The position numbers were made by a program, and so were the translations under genes. From Macrostomum lignano (Eukaryota): a stretch of 64,000 nt of DNA. Shown here piece by piece: positions 1 through 12,560 of the stretch (the stretch's first letter is position 1; each line of letters opens with the position of its first letter). The stretch is taken from the NCBI GenBank assembly GCA_002269645.1, contig NIVC01001441.1:171213-235212 (forward strand), in the 5' to 3' direction. Below the pieces are notes generated by a model. The model ran no database searches. It had not been told where the DNA came from and saw only the letters and a list, made by a program, of their open reading frames with translations.

Positions 1-968
1 ACAAGCACAAGAGCTCACACCACAGCTGTACATTACGCGCTGCCTTTTGCAAAATCTCTGTCTATTTTAGAGTCCCAATGAATCTCGTTCTCACGCGGCT
101 CTTTGGCTGTACAAGAAGACATTTTTTCAACATTTCCTGTCATAAGCGATGCTCAGACCAGCTTTATAGCGTATAAGCTTCAAGGCAAAAAGCCTGCATG
201 GACTGGACACTCTGCAGAGGCAGAGATTAGTAGAAAAGCATGCATAAGAGCGTACGCTGGTTCACGTAGATTCGATCCTGATCTACACTCTACAGCTATT
301 TACTTAAGTATTTAAATGACACCGAGCATTGCCAGCTGCATGTACTGCCGCATGGTTATTGCAGTGTTCATGCTATTGCTGTACAAAGTAATCTTTATCT
401 GGAAAAGCATTTTGGAACAGCTGAATGTCAAAGATATACTGAGGAAATGACGACAATTACGTTGCAATTACAGAATGGAGGCTAGATTGCCGATTGCTAA
501 CCATGTAGAGTCAGTTTGCTTGGCTATCGGTTTACAGAATCTGTCCCAGAACTGCGACCGTATTTAGTGTAGTTCTAGAATTCAGATTCTTGACCCAATC
601 CTGCTGGGATTTTCTCAGGAATGAAAAAAATGTCTATGAACAATGATAAATAATCAGCGGTCTCAGTGCGTGACAACGATTGTCTGACGAGCGCGGGTAG
701 GCCTTAGGCCCTGCGCCCCCGACAGGGGCACTGCTTCACAAGGCGTTGCTGAATTACAGTAAATATTCATAAATAGATAATAATATCGGTATACCCGATA
801 CATCTACATCCCGGACAGGTGATTCTAACGGTAAGAGATCAACTAGACAAATTTATTGGTTGAGAAACAGTCCGCGCTAGAAAAGAAAAAATTCTCAAGA
901 GCACTTTAAATGCACTAGCGATATGATAAATATAGTTACATATACACTACCTTTTATTGTCGAGTTAC

Positions 969-1218
969 TTTCATAAGCTCGAAATTTCATAAGCTCAAAA
1001 ATTCACAACCTCGAAAAAAATTTAGCAGCCGACTTCACAAGCTGTAAAAATGGTTTTCGAGGTTGTGAAATTTCGAGCTTGTGAAGTCGCATGCTAAAAT
1101 TTTCGAGGATATGAAATTTCGAGCTTATGAAGTCGGCTGCTAAAATTTTCGAGGTTGTGAAATTTCGAGCTTATGAAGTTTCGGGTTTGTGAAAGGAAGT
1201 GCTTTTCGAGGTTGTGAA
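969..1218. repeat. Foldback-type element of inverted modular repeats
   Basis: 969-1044 (TTCATAAGCTCGAAATTTC...CACAACCTCGAAAA..TTTAGCAGCCGACTTCA) is the reverse complement of about 3 tandem units TTTTCGAGGTTGTGAAATTTCGAGCTTATGAAGTCGGCTGCTAAA at 1055-1218. Confidence 0.75.
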
Positions 1219-1910
1219 GCGACCCCTTACTCTCCTACAGTTCATTTCCTAGAAAATTAAGTACAAAGTTTGGCTGACTACAGTATTGTCTAACATGGGT
1301 CAAATCACAATAGAAAAAGCAGAGTAGTTGAGTATTTTTTGAGATATCCTTCGTTTAAAATCTTGACTCCAAAATATGAGTATGTACGTCATTTTAAGTT
1401 TGTTTAACTGGTGACATGATTTTTAATTGTTTTCTTTTTCGTATTTTAAATTGCTGTCGATCGATCATGCTGAGCATCCATGATACCTTGTCCTAATCCT
1501 AAGTTCTAACTTACTTGCAGTTTCACCTTCATTATAATTCTCTTGTCTTTCCCCTTAATTCCTGTAGTTAGAAGTTTTGTATCGATTTCTTTTTTGTACT
1601 CTAATTTAGACCATTCTGTGTGAAGTTTGATTTTGCATTTTAAATGCTAAGAAGTTTTCAAATTTCAAATTTTAGTTTTCTAAATTAACTTCTGGTCTAC
1701 TAAATCTGCCTACTAACAATCATAATAGTAGGCACAAGTTAATAATTATTACCCTGTTTTCTGTTAAGATTTATTTATTCAGTTCGTCATTAAGTAGAGA
1801 CAGTTTGTCATCGACATAGGCTATAGAGAGACTTTGAGACTTAGTAGGTCTGTTAAGTGTTAACTTTATTTCTGTCATTGATTGGCTTCATACTTATTAG
1901 CCTTATTAGA

Positions 1911-4900
1911 ATGACTGAATTTCAGTTAAATATAGATAATATTATCACTCGTCTATTAGAAGGTAAGATCTACTATTGATAACTTTAATATTTATTGCCC
2001 CTGGCCTAAGGCCTAACCTAAAGGCAAAAATGGGTTTATTATATAATATATTTTTACTACCTTTTTAATCATAAAAAAGTTTAAAACTTTTTAAATTTTT
2101 GTATAATATTATGATTGTTTTACTTTTTAATTTCATATTAGACTATGTTACATGAAAGTAACATTATTGAACTTATTGAAGAAAAAGTATAAATATTATA
2201 TATTTAATTAGCAAAGAATTAGATATTTAATCTATTGCATAGCTAGATACAGACAACTCATTTTTAGTACATAGGATTTATATAATATTAAATATTATAA
2301 TTTATACATTATATTTTATAGCCTATTTTGATGGGTAGATCAAGAATTCTAAAATGGCATATGACCAAGATCCCTAATGGAGCAAATTTAAAAAAGTTGT
2401 AGACATTCTTGCTAGGCGTGCAAGCGCGCCAAGATGGAATTCTTACACAAAATTTGTTCCATGCTTATGCACATTTGTCAAATTCGTGCACGCTTGCGTG
2501 CTGAAAAGGAGCCTATTTGTGCACTCTTAAAAAAAAAGGTGTGTGCGCACTCCATCATATGCACTTGCAAAGAAGCTGCTTGTTGCAGAATCACAGACAA
2601 GATTTGACTTTTACATGCATTTAACATGGTTATATGCCATGTAGTGTATGCACGCTCAAGTTCTCCTACTTTTCATAGTCTGGAAAGTTGTTTTTATGCC
2701 AAAAATTTTTAAACAAAAATAAAACAACAAATAATAGTTTTTAGCAAATAAAGTTACTTTAAAGTTTAGTGAAACTTATAATTTTTAAAGAATATTTTAG
2801 TGTTCAAGCTAATTTACACTTAAAGTACAACTTTCTAATTTACATCGGCGTAAGAATTGAAAAACTAGAAATTTCATTTTTAGTGCATGGGCCCGCCATG
2901 ATCTGCATTATGACTTTTTTATAGTTGGCATGCGTGCTTGCGCACTGCTCCAAAAATGTGCGCAAGCGTTTTCCTACCCCTAAGCAAGAATTCCATCCTG
3001 GTAGGCGCACAATTGGTTTTAAAAGAGTGCAAATATGCAATCACTCCAATCAGGTGGCAAATCGTACATATAAATGTATTATAAAACGTAAATTTATAAA
3101 GCACACAAGATGCCTATATTGTGGATTGTGTTATATGTATGCCAGAAAGTATCTGACTTTCTAATAAAGTGTATGCCAATAAAGTATGCCAATTAAGCAT
3201 TTTAGTAAATTGATGCCAATAAAAATGTGTGATTAACAATCACAAAAACAATGCAACAATCAAGCTTAGGTGTAGCAAATAATTTACCATAAGAAAAAAT
3301 AAAATTGAAAACCTATATAGCTTGAAAAAAAGAATTAGTGAAATTAAATTGTTAAACTTATTATTGATTAAGTTATATTTCTTACTAAAAACTAAAGAAA
3401 GTTTTATTATATGTTTAAAAATCTATTTTTTGTCATGATTTTGCAAATTAACTCTTTATAGCAAATATTATTTAGTATTATTTATACAATCATGTTATAT
3501 ACTTTAATGCTTTTGTATGTTGCACCGAAAGCTTGAACAAGTATAGTTAAGAATTGTAAGCCAATGATTGTTTTTGAATATTATATTTCTTACTTTTATG
3601 CCAGATGTATGCCAGCTAAAGCATTTATATGCTGGGATTTTCTGGCAGATACTACACCTTCCACAATATGGCAAAGATGCTAGTTAGTGATGGATCAAAA
3701 TTATTTTTTGTATTAAAATTAAAATTGAAATTTTTGTTTTTCTAGAACCAAAATCGAAAATGAAATTGGATTAGAATTTTTTTAAGTTAAACAAACTTGA
3801 ATTTTTGCTAATTATGCAAAAAAGTAACAACTTGCATCTGTATTGCATGCACAAACTTACATGTTTTTCTAATATCTTTGGTGTTTAAACCTAAATACTT
3901 GAAATTACTTGCTTAAAAAACTTACAAAATAGAAAAAGCTGGTGTATGCTCATATTATCTCTACATATAAAAATCAAAACTCTGTGTGTGTCTGTCTGTG
4001 TGTGGACAATTTTGATCGCTATGGACTCCCAAACCACTCAACCAAATTACACCAAATTTTACACCCACCCTAAACTCACTACGGAGAATGTCTTAGGCTA
4101 CCTTTTAATTTCCTAGACTCGTCTTCCTACCTAAAAGTACAAAAACTGCTCAAAATGCGCGATTTTTTCACTAAATCCTCCATAGCGCCGCTCCACTTCT
4201 ACCGATTCTCTTCAAATTTGACACAGGCAATTTTCAACTATTGACACAATCGTGTAAAATTTCAAATCTCAAAGTTAATCCTGAAAGCCGCTGTGCACTT
4301 TTAAAGTTAGGCTGTTTTTTTCAGCGTAGCAACCACCCCAACCTCCGCCCGCCTGCCTCTCTTTCCCAATCTGGGCTCAGATGTGTAAAAGGGTTTCAAA
4401 ATTGACTAACTTTCAGCTGCCATAAGTTTGCTCCACGTAAAGCGATTGACTTCAAACTTGACACAATTCTTCATTGACCCATTCTCTATCTAAATGTAAA
4501 GTTTCAACTCTGTAACTCAATTGAAAAAGAAACTGTAAGCATGTAAAGTTTATCTGCTTTTTCTGTTGTTTGTACCACTCACTCACTCATTCCCCCAGAG
4601 CCAGACGAAGGGTCAGGCGATAGGACTGAATGTACATAGCAAATGTACAGTGTTTTGGAATTCCACCCCGAGAGTGGAGAGGCTACGTTTAGCCATAACA
4701 GTTTAGTGAGAAATTCTAACCACTGCCCTCCCCTCTGTATTGGCAAACTCTGCAGCAGTTTAACAGTGGATGGCAATTGGCAAATCGAGGGAATCCACTA
4801 TCCAGCATGGTTTGTAAAAGCGAAAGATTTATGAAAAGGCGATGTCATGCAATGCAATACAACCCTACTAAATTAGGCACACCATGGAAATTTTAGGTTT

Positions 4901-5863
4901 CTTTTAAAGGTACTGTGTAAATATTAAATGGCCTTCTAAGAAATGCGTATTTCCTTGATTGTTAGACTGATGCAGACTGCAGTGGAGCTGAAGATACACA
5001 AATTCCTTTCAGGGCTGCAAATTGGCAAGAAAGATGACGTGATCAAAGCATGAGAACAACCATGAGAGTACTACGTCCCACAAACTGGCTTTCCAAGCAG
5101 GGATGGGCAGACTTTTACCTCAAAGGCCAGATAAAGAATCCAGCTCATAGCTGAGGGCAGATGAAAGTGGAAAGAAGAAGGAATAGATGATTCGAAGAGA
5201 GGAAAGGCGACAGAGGGGATAAAAGAAAAGATAAAAGATAATAGGAGAGATGAGGGGGTGAGGACGATGAGAGAGAGAGGGGGAGAAGAGGGGAGAGAGG
5301 AAAAGCGAGAGGAGAGAGTAGAGATGAGAGAGCAGAGAGCTGCAGATGAGAGGAGAGAGGAGACAGCAGAGAGGAGAGCAGAGAGGAAACAGGTGAAAGA
5401 AGAGATGAGAGAGTAAAGGGAAGAGAGAAAAGATAAAGATACATCTCTACATCTCTAAGGTTGTAGAGATGAGAGAGGTGGAAGGAGAGATGAGAAATGA
5501 GAGATGAGAGATAACGGAGAGAGGAGAGTGGAGTGAGAGAAGAGAGGGAGACAGAGTATAGAAAAGGGAAGAGAAGAGAAAATAAGAAAGGAGAAAGGAA
5601 AGTGAGGAGTCAAAAGAGGGGAAAGAAAATAGTACAGAGGAGAGAGGTGAGAGAACATATAAGACAGAGATGCCAGATTAAAGAGTGGGATGAGAGAGCA
5701 GAGACGAGAGTGAACAGATAAAAGATGGGAGAGTAGAGAGAACAAAGGAGAGGTTACAGAGACGAGAGGAGAGAGGAGAGACAAAGGTAGAGAAGTGAGT
5801 GAGGAGAGAGGAGAGGAAAGAGGAGAATGGAGAGGGGAGAGAGTAGAGGGAGGAGGAGAGATA

Positions 5864-5950
<87 letters not shown>

Positions 5951-8900
5951 TGGAGAGAGAAAAGAAGAGACAAGAGATGAGATAAGAGAGATGAAAGAGA
6001 AGAGAGATGAGGGAAGATACGAGAGAAGAGGGGAGAGAAGAGAGAGGAGAGACGAGGGATGAGAGAGATGAGAGGAAACAAAGAGACGATAGAAATTTTA
6101 AAGGATCCAAGGGACGTAGGGAGAGTCAGGGAGAGACCAGAGTTTAGCAATATATGTTTTAGAGTCAGACAGACATTCTGCGCAGTACCCTAGCCAACAA
6201 TGTCTCAAACCCTAATTTTACACAAATGTGCTCCATTTTATGTCTACCTCTATCCTACTAACTATTAACAAGTTTTTGTTTGTGTATGGCCTTAGATTTC
6301 AGAATACATGCGAAAGTAGTTCCGGGTATTGGAATTTCCCGGGTTCAAAATCCGCGGGTTTCAACAGCTTGTACATTATACTTAATAGAAAGTGTATTAT
6401 TATTCAACACTGTTTGAACTAGAGATCTACATATAGATATATCAATTTCATTAAGGCTTTAAAAGTCTTTAACCAATTAAATTCTACAGCCAATGAATTC
6501 AGCCAGTGGGCTTCCATGGAGGTTGAGGTGAGTGCAGCACAAGACCTGGAGCAATGTATGTGCCCCGCGCAATCTTTTCTTGCAGAAAAGGCGATTCTTG
6601 CCTCCCCACTGAGTCTTTGAACCACGCTTCCTTTCACTTCCTACAGATTTTCTTACTTGTATAACATGGTCATGAATGCATAATTGTTAAAACATAACCA
6701 ACATTTCAAAATAATTTTTGATGAATAGTTTCAAAATTCAAAATTGAAATTGAAATTATTTTGATGCAAAATTAGGTTCAAAATTTGGAAAATCGAAATC
6801 AAATTTCAATCCATCACTAATGCTTGTGCAGGGGCACAAGGGTGCACTGTTTGTTATATATCTATATACTTATACTGATGTTACGTGCATAAGGTGCATA
6901 ACATCATTAAGTTGCTACACAGGCAATTTTTCACAAGTGCTCCAGATGCTATCCACAAAAACCCCTATTTGCTCCAATGGGGACCAAGATGGCCACACAC
7001 CAAGATGGCCATAGCTCTAAATGTCTAAATAGATAATGATAAGCCTAGGTCTATATATTTTACTTATTTCCTATTGGTATTAGTTTGTATTAGGCGTAGA
7101 TCTTCAAGTCTTAAGGAGGTAGATACTATTGTAGAACTATATTACATTATAATCATTCCCTTAGGCATTTTTTTATTGTAGCCTGACCTATAGATATTTA
7201 TCTGCTAAATAAAGCAAGTAGCCTAGTACAAAAGAAAATTTTATTGCATATTTATTCTATTTTTTTGCATAGCATTACCATTAACAATGGTTTTTTGTTA
7301 AACTGATTTGATAAATATAATAATAGGGAATAAATTGGCATAAACACCAAAAATTATTAAAGTTTTTGTATTATTGGTAATTAGTTTCAAATCTATTTTT
7401 GTAGCAGTATTTATAAATATGATTGATTAAACCCATTATATAATAATCAATATAACAATAGCTATTAAGTTGCTAATTAATGGTAGAGAGAAAGTAGATA
7501 TAATAGAGATTCAATGTTGTGGCCATCTTGGTCTTATGCCTCTAGAATCCATAATGCAAAAAGACAAAGATTCATTAGAATTGCCTAATGTATATATTAT
7601 ATACAAAAATTAAAGGTTGTTTGTTATATATTATCATGAATTAAATTTTATCCAAGTCCCATCAAGTAGTGTTATACATCTATGATTGATACTAATAATA
7701 ATTTTGTGACATTAATAATATTTACTTGTCAATTATCATATAAATAAAGTTCTAATGAAAGTCATTTAAGTTTATTGACATAATTTGCTATAATAAAGTT
7801 TTATTGAAAAGAAACAATTTTAATCAAATGTGATTTGTTAAATGATAAAAAAATATCATAATAAACATCCAAAAATATTTTTCATTGTTTGTTATAGAAT
7901 AGCTTGAATCATAATGTTGTTTTATTCTTCTTTGCTTAAGTAAAATTTTAATGAACCAAATGCACTTTCTAAAGGTAGGAGAATTGATACTTTTTAATAA
8001 AAGAATGCTAATCTATTATAGATTATTACTTTATATTTTTCTGCTATAAAGATAATATTAATATCTAGATCTAATATGATATAGTAGGGTCTATTTATAT
8101 TAATAAAAGTAAAAAAGCTTTGCCAAAATGGGATGCACACTTAAAGAATGCTATTTGAAGTATTTTTTGGCAATTTTTGCTTAGTGAGTTTTACTAATTT
8201 TACTAATATTACTTAATATATATTGTTATACTAATATTATGTCTAAATTTTTATAAGTATTAAATTTTTAATTAATTTTTATTTTTTGGTTTTCCATTGG
8301 GTATTCTAAGATTCTTAAGACATTGATTGGGCTACCATCTTCCCAGATCCTCATACCTGAAGCCACCATCTCCCAATCCTCAACCACTGGGCCACAATCT
8401 TCCTAGATCCTCAGACTCTGAGCCACATCTCCCCAGATCCTCAGGCACTGCCACTGCCAGCCCCATACAGCCATAATAACAATCATATTTCCTGCCAGGG
8501 CTACAGAAGGCCTCCCTCGCCCTCTATCCATCACAGTGCGCGGCTTCCGCCCTGGCAAGGCAGTTCAGATGACTGAGGAGGAGATCCGCGCTCTCTGCCT
8601 GCGCAGTCGGGAGATTTTCCTGCAGCAGCCGATCCTGCTGGAGCTGGAAGCCCCGCTGAAGGTATGCGGCGACATCCACGGCCAGTACACGGACCTGCTG
8701 CGCCTGTTTGAGTATGGCGGCTTCCCGCCGGAGAGCAACTACCTGTTCCTCGGAGACTACGTGGATCGCGGCCACCAATCGCTGGAGACCATCTGCCTGC
8801 TGCTGGCCTACAAAGTGAAATTTCCCGAGAATTTCTTCCTACTCCGCGGCAATCACGAGTGCGCCAGCATCAACCGGATCTACGGCTTTTATGACGAGTG

Positions 8901-11745
8901 CAAACGGCGATTCAGCATCCGGCTGTGGAAGACCTTCACAGACTGCTTCAACTGCCTGCCGATTGCTGCCGTTATTGACGAGAAAATCTTCTGCTGCCAC
9001 GGCGGCTTGTCGCCCGACCTGCAGAGCCTGGAACAGGTATGCGCTGGCTCTGTGGTTATGCGTCAAATTATGCGATTCGCGCTCCTGAGGGGCCATCACA
9101 GGGCCGCTGTACACCCCGTGTGTGCTCGGGTCATGAAAACGGGCACAGCTGCGTTGCTTTAAAGCTGTCATCCAGTCTAATTCAGTTTTTTTAAACTCTT
9201 TGCCTACTTTGAGGTTCGTCGCATCATGCGGCCGACAGACGTGCCGGACACGGGGCTGCTGTGCGACCTGCTCTGGTCCGATCCGGACAAAGACGTCACG
9301 GGCTGGGGCGAGAACGACCGGGGCGTCTCGTTCACGTTCGGCGCCGATGTGGTGGCGAAGTTTCTGAATAGATTCGACTTGGACCTCATCTGCAGGGCGC
9401 ACCAGGTGAGCGCTGTTGTCTTCGAGCTGACGGATAGTCTTAGCCACAGATGATAGCTTTGCAGTTCATGTGTGAGACAGGCCTTCAGCAATTCCCCCAT
9501 GAGCCTTGACATCTCAGTAATTCCCCCCCATGAGCCACAGCATCTCAGCAATTACCCAATGAGCCACAGAATCTCAGCAATTCCCCCATGAATCATAGCA
9601 TCTCAGCAATTCCCCCCATGAGCTTTGACATCTCAGTAATTCCCCCCCATGAGCCACAGCATCTCAGCAATTACCCAATTAGTCATAGCATCTCAGCAAT
9701 TACCCAATTAGTCATAGCATCTCAGCAATTCCCCCCATGAGCTTTGACATCTCAGTAATCCCCCCCCAATGAGCCACAGCATCTCAGTAATTCCCCCCAA
9801 TGAGCCACAGCATCTCAGTAATTCCCCCCAATGAGCCACAGCATTTCAGCAATTCTCCAATGAGCCACAGCATTTCAGCAATTCCCCAATGAGCCACAGC
9901 ATTTCAGCAATTCCCCAATGAGCCACAGCATTTCAGCAATTCCCCAATGAGCCACAGCATTTCAGCAATTCCCCAATGAGCCACATCTCAGCAATTCCCC
10001 AATGAGCCACAGAATCTCAGCAATTCCCCCCATGAGCTTTGACATCTCAGTAATCCCCCCCCCCAATGAGCCACAGCATCTCAGTAATTCCCCCCAATGA
10101 GCCACAGCATTTCAGCAATTCTCCAATGAGCCACAGCATTTCAGCAATTCCCCAATGAGCCACAGCATTTCAGCAATTCCCCAATGAGCCACAGCATTTC
10201 AGCAATTCCCCAATGAGCCACAGCATTTCAGCAATTCCCCAATGAGCCACAGAATCTCAGCAATTCCCCCATAAGCCACAGCATCTTCCATTTTTAATTA
10301 TCATTTGGATAGTTGATTGATTGCATGCTGTTTTGTCTGTTGCATCACCTGTCAATCAAACTTGTTTTGCGCTAAACATGCAGGTAGTGGAAGACGGCTA
10401 CGAATTCTTTGCTCGCCGCCAGCTCGTCACGCTGTTCTCGGCGCCGAACTACTGCGGCGAATTTGACAACGCCGGCGGGATGATGAGCATTGATGAGACT
10501 CTCATGTGCAGCTTCCAGGTTTGCTCACCTGTGCCTGTGCTCGCTTTAATTGGGATTAGTTTGTAGCTTGAGGTCTGGTTGATGAGGATGCTGAGTGTTT
10601 AGCTGATGAAGGATGCTGAGGTCTGGTTGATGAGGATGCTGAGTGTTTAGCTGATGAAAGATGCTGAGGTGAAGTTGATGATGATGCTGAGGTGAAGTTG
10701 ATGAGGATGCTGAGGTCAAGTGGATAAAGGATGTTGAGGTCAAGTTGATGAAAGATGCTGAGGTCAAGTGGATGAAGGATGCTGAGGTCAAGTTGATGAA
10801 GGATGCTGAGGTCTAGTTGATCAGGATGCTGACTGCTGAGGTCAAGTTGATGAAGGATGCTGAGGTCAAGTTGATGAAGGATGCTGAGGTCAAGTTGATG
10901 AAGGATGCTGAGGTCAAGTTGATGAAGGATGCTGAGGTCAAGTTGATGAAGGATGCTGAGGTCAAGTTGATGAAGGATGCTGAGGTCTAGTTGATCAGGA
11001 TGCTGACTGCTGAGGTCAAGTTGATGAAGGATGCTGAGGTCAAGTTGATGAAAGATGCTGAGGTCAAGTGGATGAAGGATGCTCAGTTCTAGTAGATGAA
11101 GGATGCTGAGGTCTAGTTGATGAAGGATGCTCAGGTCTAGTTGATGAAGTATGCTGAGGTCAAGTGGATGAAGGATGCTCAGTTCTAGTAGATGAAGGAT
11201 GCTGAGGTCTAGTTGATGAAGGATGCTCAGTTCTAGTAGATGAAGTATGCTGAGGTCTAGTTGATGAAGGATGCTCAGGTCTAGTTGATGAAGTATGCTG
11301 AGGTCTAGTTGATGAAGTATGCTGAGGTCTAGTTGATGAAGTATGCTGAGGTCTAGTAGATGAAGGATGCTCAGGTCTAGTTGATGAAGGATGCTCAGTT
11401 CTAGTAGATGAAGTATGCTGAGGTCTAGTTGATGAAGTATGCTGAGGTCTAGTTGATGAGGATGCTGAGGTCTAGTTGATGAAGGATGCTGAGCCCTGAG
11501 GTCTAGTTGATGAAGGATGATCAGTTCTAGTTGATGAAGGATGCTGAGGTCTAGTTGATGAGGATGCTGAGGTCACATCGATGCAGATGTTGAACTATCA
11601 GTGAGGGCTACCACTTGAGTTTGAATAGCTAGTCTGCCTCACCTCGCCACAGATTCTGAAGCCGAGCGAGAAGAAGGCAAAGTACCAATACGGCGGCCTG
11701 GCCAACACCATTGCGCCAGTGCAGCAGCAGAGCTCAGCCAGCTGA
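1911..11745 (+). CDS. PPP1CB: Serine/threonine protein phosphatase 1 catalytic subunit (PP1-beta-like), 5 exons, about 323 aa
   Basis: Exons 1911-1962 ([17 protein letters not shown]+G|GTAAG), 8537-9036, 9214-9405, 10384-10518, 11653-11745. All introns are GT-AG with consistent phases (972 nt total). PPP motifs GDIHGQY, GDYVDRG, RGNHE, HGGLSP, SAPNYC are present. The tail start [16 protein letters not shown] matches the beta isoform. Confidence 0.95.
3958..6371 (+). mobile_element. Probable non-autonomous Helitron inside PP1 intron 1
   Basis: 5' A|TCTCTACATATAAAAAT followed by (TGTG/TCTG)n and a CCAAATTTTACAC motif, typical of invertebrate non-autonomous Helitron heads. Internal repeated TTCAAA(T/C)TTGACAC motifs at about 4211 and 4451. 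GC hairpin CCCGGG...CC(G)CGGG at 6338-6358, then CTTG|T at 6368-6372 (variant of CTRR|T). Confidence 0.5.
5150..6085. repeat. Purine-rich (AG)n low-complexity tract, perfect core about 5873-5946
   Basis: Direct inspection; it produces the spurious Ser/Leu and Arg/Glu ORFs. Confidence 0.95.
8330..8460. repeat. Degenerate short tandem repeat before PP1 exon 2
   Basis: About 4 imperfect copies of GCCACCATCTCCCAGATCCTCA. Confidence 0.65.
9488..10285. repeat. About 29-bp minisatellite, PP1 intron 3
   Basis: Unit GAGCCACAGCATTTCAGCAATTCCCCAAT with variants. Confidence 0.95.
10570..11575. repeat. 24-bp minisatellite, PP1 intron 4
   Basis: Unit GATGCTGAGGTCAAGTTGATGAAG with variants. Confidence 0.95.
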
Positions 11746-12404
11746 AGCGGCCAGGCGCCTGGAAACTTTGTTTAGGTTGCAATCGGATGCGCTGAAATCC
11801 GTTGACTTCTGCCCATTTTTAATGCACGGCTTTGCCTTACCTGGTTAGACAAGAGAGTTGCTTATCACATCAATTTTTGAGTTGACTGTGTTGTAACCGC
11901 TAAAACTGATATAGAATCTGAATTGGATTACAAGTAATCGCTAGCAAGTATTGCTTGTTTTGCTGCGCTTCACAGTTCTTTGCCTTGCTGAAAACCTAGC
12001 CGCGTTATATTTTAATTAACAATTCTGTACTTCCCTATATTTGTCAGTTAACCTTATAAATAGCTGAATTGTGGTGAAGCTGCATAACATTCACTGAATT
12101 TGCTATTTGAATTTAGTACATAAATAGTTTATCTTACTAACGCTTTTACTCACTAAGCTTAGCTCGTAACCCGTTTTACCACGTCGCCTTGTGCCGCACC
12201 TCGTATGCAACTATGCGTATCTGTTATATAATAAACGAATACTCTGTTTTAAACTTCCTTAGTGTTATTGATTTTATTATATAAAGGAATGTTGCCGCAG
12301 TTCAATGCTGAGCGCTCAGAAAAAGTACGGATTTTCATGGAAACCAACTTCAATTAGATTCTTTTCTAGAACTCTCTATTAGCTGACGGCTCTTTTCGAG
12401 TCAC

Positions 12405-12560
12405 TTGACCTTGGAATTCCCATCGACTCATTTCATTGGCTGGCAGTTTAATTAGACCTTGGGGACTCCCATCGACTCATTTCATTGGCTGGCAGCTTAA
12501 TTTGACCTTGGGCTCCCTTCAACTCGTTTTATTGGCTGGCAGCTCTATTTGACCTTGGGT
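12405..12560. repeat. About 48-bp tandem repeat (about 3 copies)
   Basis: GACCTTGG..TCCCATCGACTCATTTCATTGGCTGGCAG repeated. Confidence 0.8.

Noticed and set aside
684-725. CTGACGA followed by a GC hairpin, as a possible second hammerhead
   Set aside because: No GAAA or stem III/UH after the hairpin.
2400-3110. Short inverted matches (GGAATTCTT/AAGAATTCC, GTGCACTCTTAAAA/TTTTAAAAGAGTGCA)
   Set aside because: Their order is not collinear with a single inverted repeat, and no termini or TSD were found.
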